Both the position numbers and the translations under genes were made by a program. From IMG/VR virus record IMGVR_UViG_3300037991_005043, positions 1 to 64,000 of that record: a stretch of 64,000 nt of DNA; one strand, 5' to 3'. Source of the DNA: a virus (Duplodnaviria > Caudoviricetes). Under the pieces are notes generated by a model that ran no database searches, was not told where the DNA came from, and worked only from the letters and a program-made list of their open reading frames with translations. Positions 26,390 to 36,899 of this stretch are shown here, one piece after another; position 1 is the first letter of the stretch, and every line of letters starts with the position of its first letter.

Positions 26390-28244
26390 TAGCACAATAA
26401 AAATTACTTCCGATTTAGCAAAACTAGAACATTTTGTAGATAGTAATTCTTTCAAATTTAAAGGATTGAGTAAAAAAATTATTGAAACTGCTGATGCTAC
26501 TAGTCAAGCGGGTAAAGCATGGACTACATTTAGTAGGCTATCATCTGGAACTCCTATATGGGCTGCCCAAAATAAAATAAGGGCATACTTAGAGATTCTA
26601 GGTGGGTTTGAAAAGCGTTCAGTTGAAAACACTGAGGCTTTAGCAAAACAAAGAGAAGAAATAATGAGTCAAGTTAGAGTCTATAATGACCTAACTGCGA
26701 ATGTTGAGGAGTTTCAACATGTAATAAATAATACTACGCCTGTTGGTATGGATTTAGAACAATTTACAGAAATGAAAGAGAGAATTGAGGCAACTATAGA
26801 AAGCACAGATACATATCAAAAAATGTTATTGATGACTGGCGATGCTGAATTTGCTAGAAGTAAGGCTATAGATAAAATGAAGGCATCTCAAGAAGAAGCA
26901 CTTAAGGCTAAACAAAAATTTACTAAAGAATTACAGAATGAATATGCCTTTGATACTAAGAGAATAAAACAGGCTAGAGAGTTAGCAGAAGCAAAAGCAA
27001 AAGAACAGGGTCTTAGTAAAAAGGAAATTAAAAGAGCAGGAGATACTGCTACAAAAAAGGCTAGAGCAACAATTAGAAGCCAACAACAATCGGCAATTGG
27101 CAGTACATTAGAAATGGGTGGAGAACTTAGAACTAAACTTACTGATATTGCTAAACCTTTAGCCATTCTAAAGGGTATTGCTACCCCAATAGAAACAACT
27201 TCTAATCTTTTATTTAAGATAGAGTCAGCAGGAAGAAAATTCCAAAAACGCTCTATGGAATTTACTAATAGATTACAACCTATTGTAAGTATGGCTTTCA
27301 AATACTTTATTGCCGCTATTCTAGTTATAGGTGCTATTTTCTTATTAGTTGCATATGCTAAAGAATTTGCTTCTCAATTTGAGCAGTTTGGTATCTTAGA
27401 TGACCTGAAAAAATATGGAGAAGATTTACTTATATTCGGTCAAAGTGTAATAGATACTGTAATGGCGTTTGTTAATGGAGGTTTTGATGAAGGTTTGGCT
27501 AAATTAGGACCACTATTAGACCAAGCCCTAGATTTGATGTTAGACGGTATGGAAATACTGATTAAAGTTGGATGGGTTGCTATTCTAGCAGGATTACAAT
27601 TGTTAGTTGATTTTGTAGGAAGAATGTTTAATGAGCCTGAATTTAGAGAAACAGTGTTTAATATTTTACTAAAAGTTGGTAAAATAATTTTAATAGCCTT
27701 CTTTGTTAAGTATCTAATATCTCAAGTATTGTTATTGATAGGAATATATGCATTACCTATTATGATTGGGGTAATTATTATTGCTGGAATGTATGCAGTT
27801 GCTAAATATCTAGCAGAAGAATATGCAGAGCAATTTGAAAAAGTAGTATATTACTTAGAAACCCCGTTTAGATTTTGGTCGGGAGTTTTCAAAGGAATAA
27901 GAGATTATGCTGAATGGGTAGTTGATACACTAAGAAATTTTGTGACTAGAGATGGTAGTATGCGTAGTGCGATTATGGGTCGTGCAAGTGGTGGAATGGT
28001 AAATAATTCTAATCCTACATTAGTTGGAGAAAATGGACCAGAATTAGTTAAACTACCTCAAGGTTCTAGAGTATTTAATCATCAAGTTACTAAGAATATG
28101 ACAGGTGGAACTACTATCAATAACTACTTTACAATAAACGCTAAGGACACATCCGATAGCGAAATGAGAAGAATTGCTGATAAACTATCTGGAATGATTA
28201 ATCAAAAGATAAATAGAAGCACTAACAGTAGGATGTATGGGTGA
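26376..28244 (+). CDS. Tape measure protein
   Basis: 622 aa helical; several TM segments; C-terminal ASGG.V.....LVGENGPEL motif. Confidence 0.88.
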   Translation: MSDDDSTIKITSDLAKLEHFVDSNSFKFKGLSKKIIETADATSQAGKAWTTFSRLSSGTPIWAAQNKIRAYLEILGGFEKRSVENTEALAKQREEIMSQVRVYNDLTANVEEFQHVINNTTPVGMDLEQFTEMKERIEATIESTDTYQKMLLMTGDAEFARSKAIDKMKASQEEALKAKQKFTKELQNEYAFDTKRIKQARELAEAKAKEQGLSKKEIKRAGDTATKKARATIRSQQQSAIGSTLEMGGELRTKLTDIAKPLAILKGIATPIETTSNLLFKIESAGRKFQKRSMEFTNRLQPIVSMAFKYFIAAILVIGAIFLLVAYAKEFASQFEQFGILDDLKKYGEDLLIFGQSVIDTVMAFVNGGFDEGLAKLGPLLDQALDLMLDGMEILIKVGWVAILAGLQLLVDFVGRMFNEPEFRETVFNILLKVGKIILIAFFVKYLISQVLLLIGIYALPIMIGVIIIAGMYAVAKYLAEEYAEQFEKVVYYLETPFRFWSGVFKGIRDYAEWVVDTLRNFVTRDGSMRSAIMGRASGGMVNNSNPTLVGENGPELVKLPQGSRVFNHQVTKNMTGGTTINNYFTINAKDTSDSEMRRIADKLSGMINQKINRSTNSRMYG

Positions 28245-28248
28245 TTGA

Positions 28249-28866
28249 ATGGGTCTGCAAACACATAAAGTTTTTTTGAAAACTAATTTTCATACTAATG
28301 CATCCTCTGAGGATTACACTACAGATGTAATTCCTCTAAATGTAACTAGTATCTCCATCTCTACTAGTAAGACAATACCTTCTTTTCCTATTCCTTTGTC
28401 TGGTATAGTAACGGGAGAATCAGTAACCGCAGCATTAGATTTAGGAATGGCTAGTAAAACAGTATCTCTAAACGGATTTATTACTGATGCTAGTCTAAAA
28501 AAGAACTTTAATGATAGTGCTTTAGAATTTACTGCTTTTGAGTTTGCTCAAATTTTACATTCTTCTGTAGATTCTACTGCTATTGCTAGAAATCAAAGTG
28601 TGTCTGAATTAATTATTTTAATGCCTTCTAAAGTGGATGAGAATTATACTCAAGTAACTGAAAGAGATATTCCTTTTACTTATCGCTCTAGAGGTGGTGC
28701 TCTTGCTAAAGATAATCATTTAGTTCCATTCCCAAATGATTTCCCTACTAGTAATGTATCTAAAGGACTAGAAGGATTCATTAGAAGTTTTAGTTGTAAT
28801 ATAGAGGCTGAAACTACAGACATTTCATTCAGTCTAGAATTTGAAGTTGCAGAAGTTGTTCCTTGA
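28249..28866 (+). CDS. Putative distal tail (Dit-like) protein
   Basis: Directly after TMP; 205 aa beta-rich; ends FSLEFEVAEV. Confidence 0.55.
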   Translation: MGLQTHKVFLKTNFHTNASSEDYTTDVIPLNVTSISISTSKTIPSFPIPLSGIVTGESVTAALDLGMASKTVSLNGFITDASLKKNFNDSALEFTAFEFAQILHSSVDSTAIARNQSVSELIILMPSKVDENYTQVTERDIPFTYRSRGGALAKDNHLVPFPNDFPTSNVSKGLEGFIRSFSCNIEAETTDISFSLEFEVAEVVP

Positions 28867-28875
28867 GGTGATATT

Positions 28876-30042
28876 TTGTACGAAACTTTAGTAGGAAAAC
28901 AAAGAGCATTAGTCTTTCCAATTATGTGTAATGCTTTTGCTACAATAGACTACTCCGATAATGTTCCCGATACTGGGAGCAATTCCGACACATCAGATGA
29001 TGTAGGGTATGGTATTTGGGCGCATGATGACTCTTTTACATTTGAGGCAATAGTTACTCCTTATGATATTAATGGGTATGGAACTTATGCTACTGGTAAA
29101 ACGAAAAGAAGCATTACTGCTTCTAAAAAGATAATGCCTGCATTAAGTCAATCTGTATATACTGCTGGAAATGAAGGTAATTTTCAAAGTGAAAAGTATA
29201 TGACTAGAACACAAAGAAAAACACATGAAATGAGAATTTTTGATGCTCCTAATTTTAAAGTTAGTCTAGTGCAAACTGCTACTCATAATGAAAATAATCC
29301 TGCCCGATATAAAATATCTGTAGAACTTACTGTTAATTCTGTAACAGAAACAGTAGCAAGCGACACTATAATATTACCTTCATATACTGAGCAGTATGTC
29401 TATTCTAGTTTAGAAGGAATAGATACTTTTGATGAAAATGGTGATAGAAGATATTTGCATCTAAGAAGAGGCAGTTCTAAAGAACAGGTTCTTTCTCATA
29501 GTGCTGGAAGCACAACTATAGAAATAACTGATTCTAGTGCTTACTTTGTAGGACAAACGATATATTTTAAAAAATCAAATAGTTTTGATTTTGAAAAATT
29601 TACTGTTAATAGCATCTCAAGTGGTGCAAGTGAAACTATTGTTGTTGATACTGCGCCATCTTCTCAACTATCAGTTTTACAACAAGTGTATGTTGATAAT
29701 GATGCTGAACCTACATATCTACAAAAAGGACATCACATAGCAGTTACTTTTAATTTGGGTAAGGGAACAGTATCAATTTATTATGAAGGTAGATTAATTA
29801 AAGAATCTAATCATAGTCAAACTACTAATTTTTCATTTGGTAATTCTGATTATTATATTGGTGCAAACGGTCAAGGAACTATGGGGGCTGGTTCTGCTAC
29901 TACTAATAAACAGTTCATGGGTGAAATGCATGAACTTGCTATAATGGAGGGTATCAAAAAATCATTCCCCTCTAGAAATAATCTATTGCCTACTTTTGAT
30001 AGAACTTTATTATACCTAAGATTTGAAGAGGTTGATGCTTAA
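28876..30042 (+). CDS. Tail protein with split LamG/concanavalin-like domain
   Basis: HHIAVTF...VSIYYEG...YYIGANG...FMGEMHELAI. Confidence 0.7.
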   Translation: MYETLVGKQRALVFPIMCNAFATIDYSDNVPDTGSNSDTSDDVGYGIWAHDDSFTFEAIVTPYDINGYGTYATGKTKRSITASKKIMPALSQSVYTAGNEGNFQSEKYMTRTQRKTHEMRIFDAPNFKVSLVQTATHNENNPARYKISVELTVNSVTETVASDTIILPSYTEQYVYSSLEGIDTFDENGDRRYLHLRRGSSKEQVLSHSAGSTTIEITDSSAYFVGQTIYFKKSNSFDFEKFTVNSISSGASETIVVDTAPSSQLSVLQQVYVDNDAEPTYLQKGHHIAVTFNLGKGTVSIYYEGRLIKESNHSQTTNFSFGNSDYYIGANGQGTMGAGSATTNKQFMGEMHELAIMEGIKKSFPSRNNLLPTFDRTLLYLRFEEVDA

Positions 30043-33000
30043 TGACATTAAAAGTGTATAAAAAAGGTGTAGCGCATGACTACATAACTGAATTTAACTT
30101 TGATGTTCCTACTAATCCTAGAATTACTACATCTTCTGATTCTCCTAGTTCTACTATTAGTGCTACAGATGGTAGATTGTTTGGAGCAGTATATAAGGAT
30201 GGTTCGGAGGTAGGAACTTATGATGAAATCAAAAGTTCTGCTGGTTTTGTGGAATATAATAATTTAACAAATACTGAGGGCTACAGGATAAAATGTTTTG
30301 ATTATGCTTCAAATACTGGTATTCAACTTGATACGGTATTGGATTTGGAAGCAAGATATTATTTTGTATTAGTGCATTCAGATGATGAAAACTTGCATCA
30401 TTTTGCTAAAATCACTAGCATAAATAAAGAAGATGTGGATGGTGCTTCATTTGATTTTACACCAAAACTAGGTAATTCTATACCTAAAGATACTAAGTTT
30501 ATGTTATTTAAGGGTCCACCTATTACAAGAACAGTAGAACAACTATGCACTACAACAAATACGGATGCTACCTTGACTCATGCAGATACTTCTAAATTGA
30601 CCGTTGGTATGACAATAACAGGAGAGGGAATACCTGCTAATACTACTATATCTAGTATTACTGATTCTATTAGTCTTGAAATGAGCAATGCTGCTACTGC
30701 AAGTACGATTAATAATAGCATTACATTTTCTGGTAATACTAATGCAGTTGCTTTTACTGCTGGAATAAAAAAAGAACTTCAAACAACAATGTATTGTTCT
30801 AAACCTCTATTTTATTTCATTGATGATGAATTAGATAAGAAGAATGAATTAAATCACAATACTAAGTATATGTTTAGGTTTAGGGGTGCGGCAGTAACTT
30901 CCTCTACTTCTTCTGTAACCCTAGATTCTCACACTACTACATTTGCTACTTGTTCGGATTTTGGAAGTACATTAATAGATTATAGTAAGTTTGAAACTAA
31001 GATAAAAATTACTGATAAATTAAGAGAAGCCGATTATGTTCCAGCATCTACATCTATTAGATTTAATGAAACTAGTGGCACAACTAACAATAGTTTTGCA
31101 GGAACTTATAGTTCTTCTTTTCCTAATGCTAGAGTTATAGACGATGATGACTATACTAGTTTCAACACTTTAGGGCATAGAAGATATTTACATTATGATT
31201 ATTCTAAAACTATTTCTAATCTAATACCTAATGTCTATCAAGGTGAAATTATACAGTCTAATCAAAATAGAGGAGGTATTGCTGAAAGTAAAATAGTTGA
31301 TTCTTTTAGGATAATGCCTAAAAAAGTAGTAGAAAATGATTTGTTTAGAGTAAGACAGACTGTTCATACTGGAAGTTTAAATGAATGGATAAATACTGGA
31401 TTAACTTTAGGAACTTATGATAGTTCAAATAATAGGTATGATTTCCCATATGGTATATCGCAATCTTTACTACCTACTAACACACAAGTAAAAATTGGAA
31501 ATAGAATTTGTATAATTGCTACAATAGGTACAGGTTATGTAACAATAGATAAAAGCAGACTAGAAACAGAAAGCACCTTTACGACTTCATTATCTCTTGC
31601 ACAATATCAATCTATAGAAAATCAAAAGTTATATGTTAGAAGTTTTGATGCTGAAAATTCCATACTCTATTCTACATTTAAACCAATAGAAGGAAGAACT
31701 GATGAACTTTATGTAAAACTATCAACTAATAATGTAGGTATAAGGTATCTTAAGGTAACAAGTATTGACACTAAAGATATATTTGCTAACGCTGATGACT
31801 TAATACAATTATCTGCTCTTACAGTATCGCCAGTAAATACTGATGCTTATGATTCTAAACCATTTAAGTATGCACTAGGTCAATATGAAATTAGCATAGA
31901 GAGATTTTATGGTAATATAGAAAATATACATTCTACTAAAGAGCAAGGTCAAACAATCATGACTATTACTGGTAGAGATAGATTTGCTAAATTGCTCAAT
32001 CCTATAATAAATAAAAATACTTTATTTAGCACTGATATAATCTATAGTAGTTATAGCCCTATGAGTGATTTTGAGAATGTATCTGCTAATATGACTCATG
32101 CAAATTACGGTAGTGAAACTATAACCTTCGCTTCGGCAGTAACTCTAAAAAAAGGAGATTTGCTATTTGTTGCTAACACTGATGCGTTTATAGGGGAGGT
32201 GCTTGCAGATTATACTAGCACTACTAGCATAGGTCTTAAAGCAAAATCTAGATATGGAAATATCGTTGGTGGTAGTATTACAGTCAAAAAACTATCTAAA
32301 AGACAGTATATTTTAAACAAGGCACTTTCTAGTAATAGATTATTAGAGTCATCTACTGCTTTGGATGGTGCAGTTGATAAAGTATTATCATTTACTAGCG
32401 GTGTTAAATTAGAAGCAGATGGAACTGAAAAACTATTAGATAGTGGAAATGCTAATTCTACATTGGAAGTTCTTTCTAGTAATTCAGCAGTAGAAGATAG
32501 TAGTCCTGAATCTAACGCGTACTATATTACTGAACCCAAATCTATAGGTTTGGACTCTTTACATAGTCTATCTTTGACTGAAACAGAAGATAGAACTAGT
32601 GAGAAAGAGGATTTCATAACAGTAAATACTCTAATGGATTTCACAGTGTTAGATTATTCTAAATCAGATAACGGTGATAATATTGTTACTATAGCACCTT
32701 ATAATCCTTTAACGCTTGGTAGAGTGGACTATAACTTTCATAATACTAATGACTCTACTTTTCACGCTGATATATTAGGAACAGGCACTTATGCTATAAA
32801 TACTAATTACATTAGTTTAGACTCTAATTTTTCTACTCTTTTGAGTTATTTGTCAGTTAATAGAGCACAACATGGCGCACCTGTATATTCTAATGATGGT
32901 GACTTTTTAGGACATATATTATACATAGAGCAATCATATAACCCTAATTATGTTTTTGTTGCTTTAGATAGAAAAGCGAAAAAATCATACGCTAATGTAG

Positions 33001-36000
33001 ATTTTAAATTTATTAGTTTAAACTCTTCACATACCAAAACAAAATTACAACATGAACTTAATTTCATTAACGGTTCTCATTTACATGGCGGTAAATATGT
33101 AGGGCTATTGAATCCATTCCAAGACCAAGATTCTGATGCTTTTTCGGCAAGTGCATTCTTTGATTTCCGCTATTCTTATGATAGTGCTTCATCTGATATT
33201 GAATATAAAAGAAGATTTAAACTACCATTGTACCGCTTACTAAATATTGAAAATGGTAACTATGCTATATCAAATAATAATGACTCTCATGATGAGATTA
33301 AAAAATATACTAATTACTATCATAATGTTAAAACTAAGATAAATTATTATGCAGAGGCATATAGAGGTAGTAATAAAAGCCCGTTTGGATTCTACGCATC
33401 TAAATTAGTGGAAAGTAGTGGACTTGATTCAGTTTATGGTTCTAAATTTCATGAAAGACCATATAACGGTAGTGGAGAAAGTCATCCTCTAGTATTTTTT
33501 GATGAGAATGCCTATGCTTATCAAACTGATGAATCAAGTGCTATTAGACAACAAGCGATTATGACTCAATTTGACCCTAAAGTTTCTAGAATGTTTCTTT
33601 TTATAAATTCTGATATTCTTCCTTATTCTAATACTAGAAAGGATTCTCTTCTGCAATCAAATAAAGATTTAAGAAATTACAATATTATGGGTATTACTGA
33701 GCCTGAATCTAGCGATTTATCTATAGATAAATCCTCTGCTCTATCAGAAGGAACTAGTGTGAACTACAAAGATACTAATTATGTTACTGCTATACCTACT
33801 GAAACTAAGGATATAACTACAAATAAACAGTTCTCATTAATGAGATTAACTGAAGTTGTTTATGATTGGGCTTATAATCAAATAGACCCTGAAAATCTAC
33901 CTAAGTTAAGCGAAACTTATCCTAGAATTCCTTACAAACCTGTAGAAATACATGCTAATTTAAATGGCTCTAGTGCTTTTTCCACTACTGCCGTTGGTAA
34001 TTATAGCGGAGCAACTATTTCTTTATCCGCCAATCCACATTCGGGAGGAACAGATAATTTAGTGGCGGGAGATTATATTATAGATAGCAATGGTAGATAT
34101 ATAGGGGAAGTTTCATCTTCTAGTAGTGGAAATACTATTACTCTAGTTAGGGATGCAATAAAAACAAGTGCTGGTGATTACTATGTCGGACAACTGTATA
34201 AAGCAAATGTAGCAAGTTCTAACTCCCATATTCACGGACATGGAGAAGTAGATAGTTTCAATAGATTTTTTTGGGCTATACATCCACTAAAAGGAACTGT
34301 GGTTAGAGGTGTTGATTCGGGAGAATACGGTCATGGTTCATCCTCTGCATTTGATGAAAAATACGGCTCTAATTTAGCATCTAATAGCGCAGGACATAGT
34401 TTAGATACAGCAAGAATGCCTCAAATATTTTTACCAATCCAAAATAATGATGCTAATTTTATGAGTGAAAGTGATGCAAATGAAGTTTTTTCTTCTAGAG
34501 TTCTTACTGATATGAATAAAATGAAAAATGTCTTTCATACTGGTGGGGGTGCTGGAACAACTGTAACAATTGAAGATGACTTGTATGCTGGTTGTAATTT
34601 AGTTTTCTTTAAGGGGTATAACATAGAAGATGGTGGTGGAACTAGAGTTGGAGAAGGCATGACTACCCCTAAACTTGAAAATACATTTAAACTGTATAAT
34701 GATAATTCTTCGGGTAGTGAGTTAGGTTTTATAACTATAAGACCTAATAATCATATCTTTGCATCCTTTGAGGATTTTCATAAACAAAAGGCTAGAACAT
34801 ATGATAATGATGCTTCAGGTGTTATTATGGGATTCAAACCCCATCTAACACTTAGGAATTCTACCCATGCAACTGAAATAAATCAAGATAACATAAACGG
34901 TAATCACACTCACACTTATACCGTAGATTCTCAATCAACCATTAGTAATGGTAGATTTTTAGATTATGTTGATTTAACTGGATGCTATCTAGTTGATATT
35001 AACGGTAAATACTATGATGAAGATGGTAGTGAAGCAACTTCATCTAATGTTCCCAACTATAATCCCGATAACATATTCTATGTTCTATCACATGACATAG
35101 ATACTACTGCTACTGGAACTAAGCATATGCTTACTTTAGATGGACTATTACCTACTAGTAGTAGTTATACCTTTAGAATTATGCAACCCAATCATACTTG
35201 CTTCTATCCTAAATCCCCTAACTCGATAAATTTGAATGAGGTATCTCCTAAATACACTAAGAAGGCATATTCGGATGAAATGTATGATAATATATTTGAT
35301 TATTCTATAAGAGAAAAGCAGGCAAATGTTACTGATTATTCGGGTCAAGGAGTTATGTCTATGTATGTTGCTATTGATATAAATAAACATACGGACTCCA
35401 ATTTTGTAGTTATTCGAGATGCTGATAAAATATCTCAAATGTTAGATACTGAAACTGAATATAAGATGTGTGTTAGCGATGGAGAAAATAGTTACAAAGT
35501 AGGCATGAAGTATGTTGATTCGGGAGATAATATAGGGCATAATCTATATTTTTCTGAGATGAAGGAAATTAACGGAGTTGCGTCTATTAGTGAATACTTC
35601 AACTTATCTCATAATGGCGATTTATCTGATTGTAAAAGATTGATGATAGGTTCTACATTAGATATAGCATATGAGGCAGAAGCCTTAGTAAATGACTTAA
35701 TTGAGAGCGAAGGAATAGTTGTAAATAATTCTACAACAAATAACTATCCTTATCTATTAGCACCTAATTACAAGGGAGTAAATCTTTTTACTGCTATTAA
35801 TATACTTCTATTGAAGAAAAACAAGAGAATAAATCTAAAAGAAGAAACTTTTGAAATTGTAGAATCAGAAAGTAACGATGTTTATTCTAACATTATTCTA
35901 AGTGATTTTGGTGATAATCAAATATATGAATATGAAAAAGAAAAGACAGTATTTGATTTCTATAATGAAGTCATAGTATATGGAAGAATTCACAAAAGAG

Positions 36001-36563
36001 TTAGCAAAAATTTGAGTAGCATACAAAAAGTTGGTCGAAAAACATTAGAAGTTTATGATAGAAAATTAGAAACACAGTCGGAGGTAAATCAAAGGGCTAG
36101 AGATTTATTAAAACTACATTCTGAGAGCAATGAAAAAATTAATTTGACTGTTAGACAAAAAAATATTTCTCAACTCAGACCTAGCGACATTGTTAATGTT
36201 GAGATTAGAAGGGAGAATATACCTCTAGACCAGTATCAAGTCCTACAGATAACTCACACCTTAGACGGTATGATGAAGTTACAATTAGGTAAATACAGTA
36301 AAGGTCTAGAAGAGAGATTTGCTGAATTACAATTATCCAATGCTGAAACTAATGCTTCGATAAGAACAGAAGAACAAGACACCAATGTAAATTCATATGA
36401 CTTTTTGGAGAACATTAATATTAAACCGCTTAGAGTCCTTGTTAGGAAGAGAGAGAATAGCAGTTCAGAGGTTTTAGGTTTTGCTAATGTTTTAGGGTTC
36501 GTTACTAGATTAGGTCCAACAGGAAATATTACATTAACAAATTTAAGGGAGATAGATTTATGA
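30042..36563 (+). CDS. Very large tail tip/baseplate hub protein
   Basis: 2173 aa; C-terminal hub motifs (YNEVIVYG, RARDLL, LRPSDIVNV, YQVLQITH); many beta modules. Confidence 0.75.
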   Translation: MTLKVYKKGVAHDYITEFNFDVPTNPRITTSSDSPSSTISATDGRLFGAVYKDGSEVGTYDEIKSSAGFVEYNNLTNTEGYRIKCFDYASNTGIQLDTVLDLEARYYFVLVHSDDENLHHFAKITSINKEDVDGASFDFTPKLGNSIPKDTKFMLFKGPPITRTVEQLCTTTNTDATLTHADTSKLTVGMTITGEGIPANTTISSITDSISLEMSNAATASTINNSITFSGNTNAVAFTAGIKKELQTTMYCSKPLFYFIDDELDKKNELNHNTKYMFRFRGAAVTSSTSSVTLDSHTTTFATCSDFGSTLIDYSKFETKIKITDKLREADYVPASTSIRFNETSGTTNNSFAGTYSSSFPNARVIDDDDYTSFNTLGHRRYLHYDYSKTISNLIPNVYQGEIIQSNQNRGGIAESKIVDSFRIMPKKVVENDLFRVRQTVHTGSLNEWINTGLTLGTYDSSNNRYDFPYGISQSLLPTNTQVKIGNRICIIATIGTGYVTIDKSRLETESTFTTSLSLAQYQSIENQKLYVRSFDAENSILYSTFKPIEGRTDELYVKLSTNNVGIRYLKVTSIDTKDIFANADDLIQLSALTVSPVNTDAYDSKPFKYALGQYEISIERFYGNIENIHSTKEQGQTIMTITGRDRFAKLLNPIINKNTLFSTDIIYSSYSPMSDFENVSANMTHANYGSETITFASAVTLKKGDLLFVANTDAFIGEVLADYTSTTSIGLKAKSRYGNIVGGSITVKKLSKRQYILNKALSSNRLLESSTALDGAVDKVLSFTSGVKLEADGTEKLLDSGNANSTLEVLSSNSAVEDSSPESNAYYITEPKSIGLDSLHSLSLTETEDRTSEKEDFITVNTLMDFTVLDYSKSDNGDNIVTIAPYNPLTLGRVDYNFHNTNDSTFHADILGTGTYAINTNYISLDSNFSTLLSYLSVNRAQHGAPVYSNDGDFLGHILYIEQSYNPNYVFVALDRKAKKSYANVDFKFISLNSSHTKTKLQHELNFINGSHLHGGKYVGLLNPFQDQDSDAFSASAFFDFRYSYDSASSDIEYKRRFKLPLYRLLNIENGNYAISNNNDSHDEIKKYTNYYHNVKTKINYYAEAYRGSNKSPFGFYASKLVESSGLDSVYGSKFHERPYNGSGESHPLVFFDENAYAYQTDESSAIRQQAIMTQFDPKVSRMFLFINSDILPYSNTRKDSLLQSNKDLRNYNIMGITEPESSDLSIDKSSALSEGTSVNYKDTNYVTAIPTETKDITTNKQFSLMRLTEVVYDWAYNQIDPENLPKLSETYPRIPYKPVEIHANLNGSSAFSTTAVGNYSGATISLSANPHSGGTDNLVAGDYIIDSNGRYIGEVSSSSSGNTITLVRDAIKTSAGDYYVGQLYKANVASSNSHIHGHGEVDSFNRFFWAIHPLKGTVVRGVDSGEYGHGSSSAFDEKYGSNLASNSAGHSLDTARMPQIFLPIQNNDANFMSESDANEVFSSRVLTDMNKMKNVFHTGGGAGTTVTIEDDLYAGCNLVFFKGYNIEDGGGTRVGEGMTTPKLENTFKLYNDNSSGSELGFITIRPNNHIFASFEDFHKQKARTYDNDASGVIMGFKPHLTLRNSTHATEINQDNINGNHTHTYTVDSQSTISNGRFLDYVDLTGCYLVDINGKYYDEDGSEATSSNVPNYNPDNIFYVLSHDIDTTATGTKHMLTLDGLLPTSSSYTFRIMQPNHTCFYPKSPNSINLNEVSPKYTKKAYSDEMYDNIFDYSIREKQANVTDYSGQGVMSMYVAIDINKHTDSNFVVIRDADKISQMLDTETEYKMCVSDGENSYKVGMKYVDSGDNIGHNLYFSEMKEINGVASISEYFNLSHNGDLSDCKRLMIGSTLDIAYEAEALVNDLIESEGIVVNNSTTNNYPYLLAPNYKGVNLFTAINILLLKKNKRINLKEETFEIVESESNDVYSNIILSDFGDNQIYEYEKEKTVFDFYNEVIVYGRIHKRVSKNLSSIQKVGRKTLEVYDRKLETQSEVNQRARDLLKLHSESNEKINLTVRQKNISQLRPSDIVNVEIRRENIPLDQYQVLQITHTLDGMMKLQLGKYSKGLEERFAELQLSNAETNASIRTEEQDTNVNSYDFLENINIKPLRVLVRKRENSSSEVLGFANVLGFVTRLGPTGNITLTNLREIDL

Positions 36564-36898
36564 TAACTGATAATATGAAAAGTAAGATTGCTACTCATGT
36601 AGTTTCTCTAATAAGTAGTGGAAAGGTGGGTATTGGTGGTAATGCTACTAGCCCTAGTGCTACTGGTTTAGATGTAGATTCGGGTTCTAGCCCTACTGTT
36701 ACTGTTATTAAAAGCGATGCTAATGTAGTAGAGGCTAAAGTTAGTATTGCTGGTTCAGCAATAACTGGAAAGGTAATTAGAGAGGTTGGTCTTTTAGATT
36801 CTAGTAATAATTTACTTTCTAGATTTAATTTTGATGGAGTTGGTCCATTTTCAAGTAGTGAAACTTTAGAAATTTTTGTATTATTGGAGGTAGAATAA
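36560..36898 (+). CDS. Tail-collar/fibre attachment protein (P2 gpH N-terminus-like)
   Basis: GIGG.AT.P..TGL...IREVGLLD...LLSR pattern. Confidence 0.6.
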   Translation: MITDNMKSKIATHVVSLISSGKVGIGGNATSPSATGLDVDSGSSPTVTVIKSDANVVEAKVSIAGSAITGKVIREVGLLDSSNNLLSRFNFDGVGPFSSSETLEIFVLLEVE

Positions 36899-36899
36899 G

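Noticed and set aside
5683-36598. Many minus-strand ORFs (60-200 aa, Ser/Phe/Ile-rich) in the + arm, and + strand ORFs over the - arm
   Set aside because: Antisense shadows of Glu/Lys-rich genes; no RBS, no coupling, no motifs.
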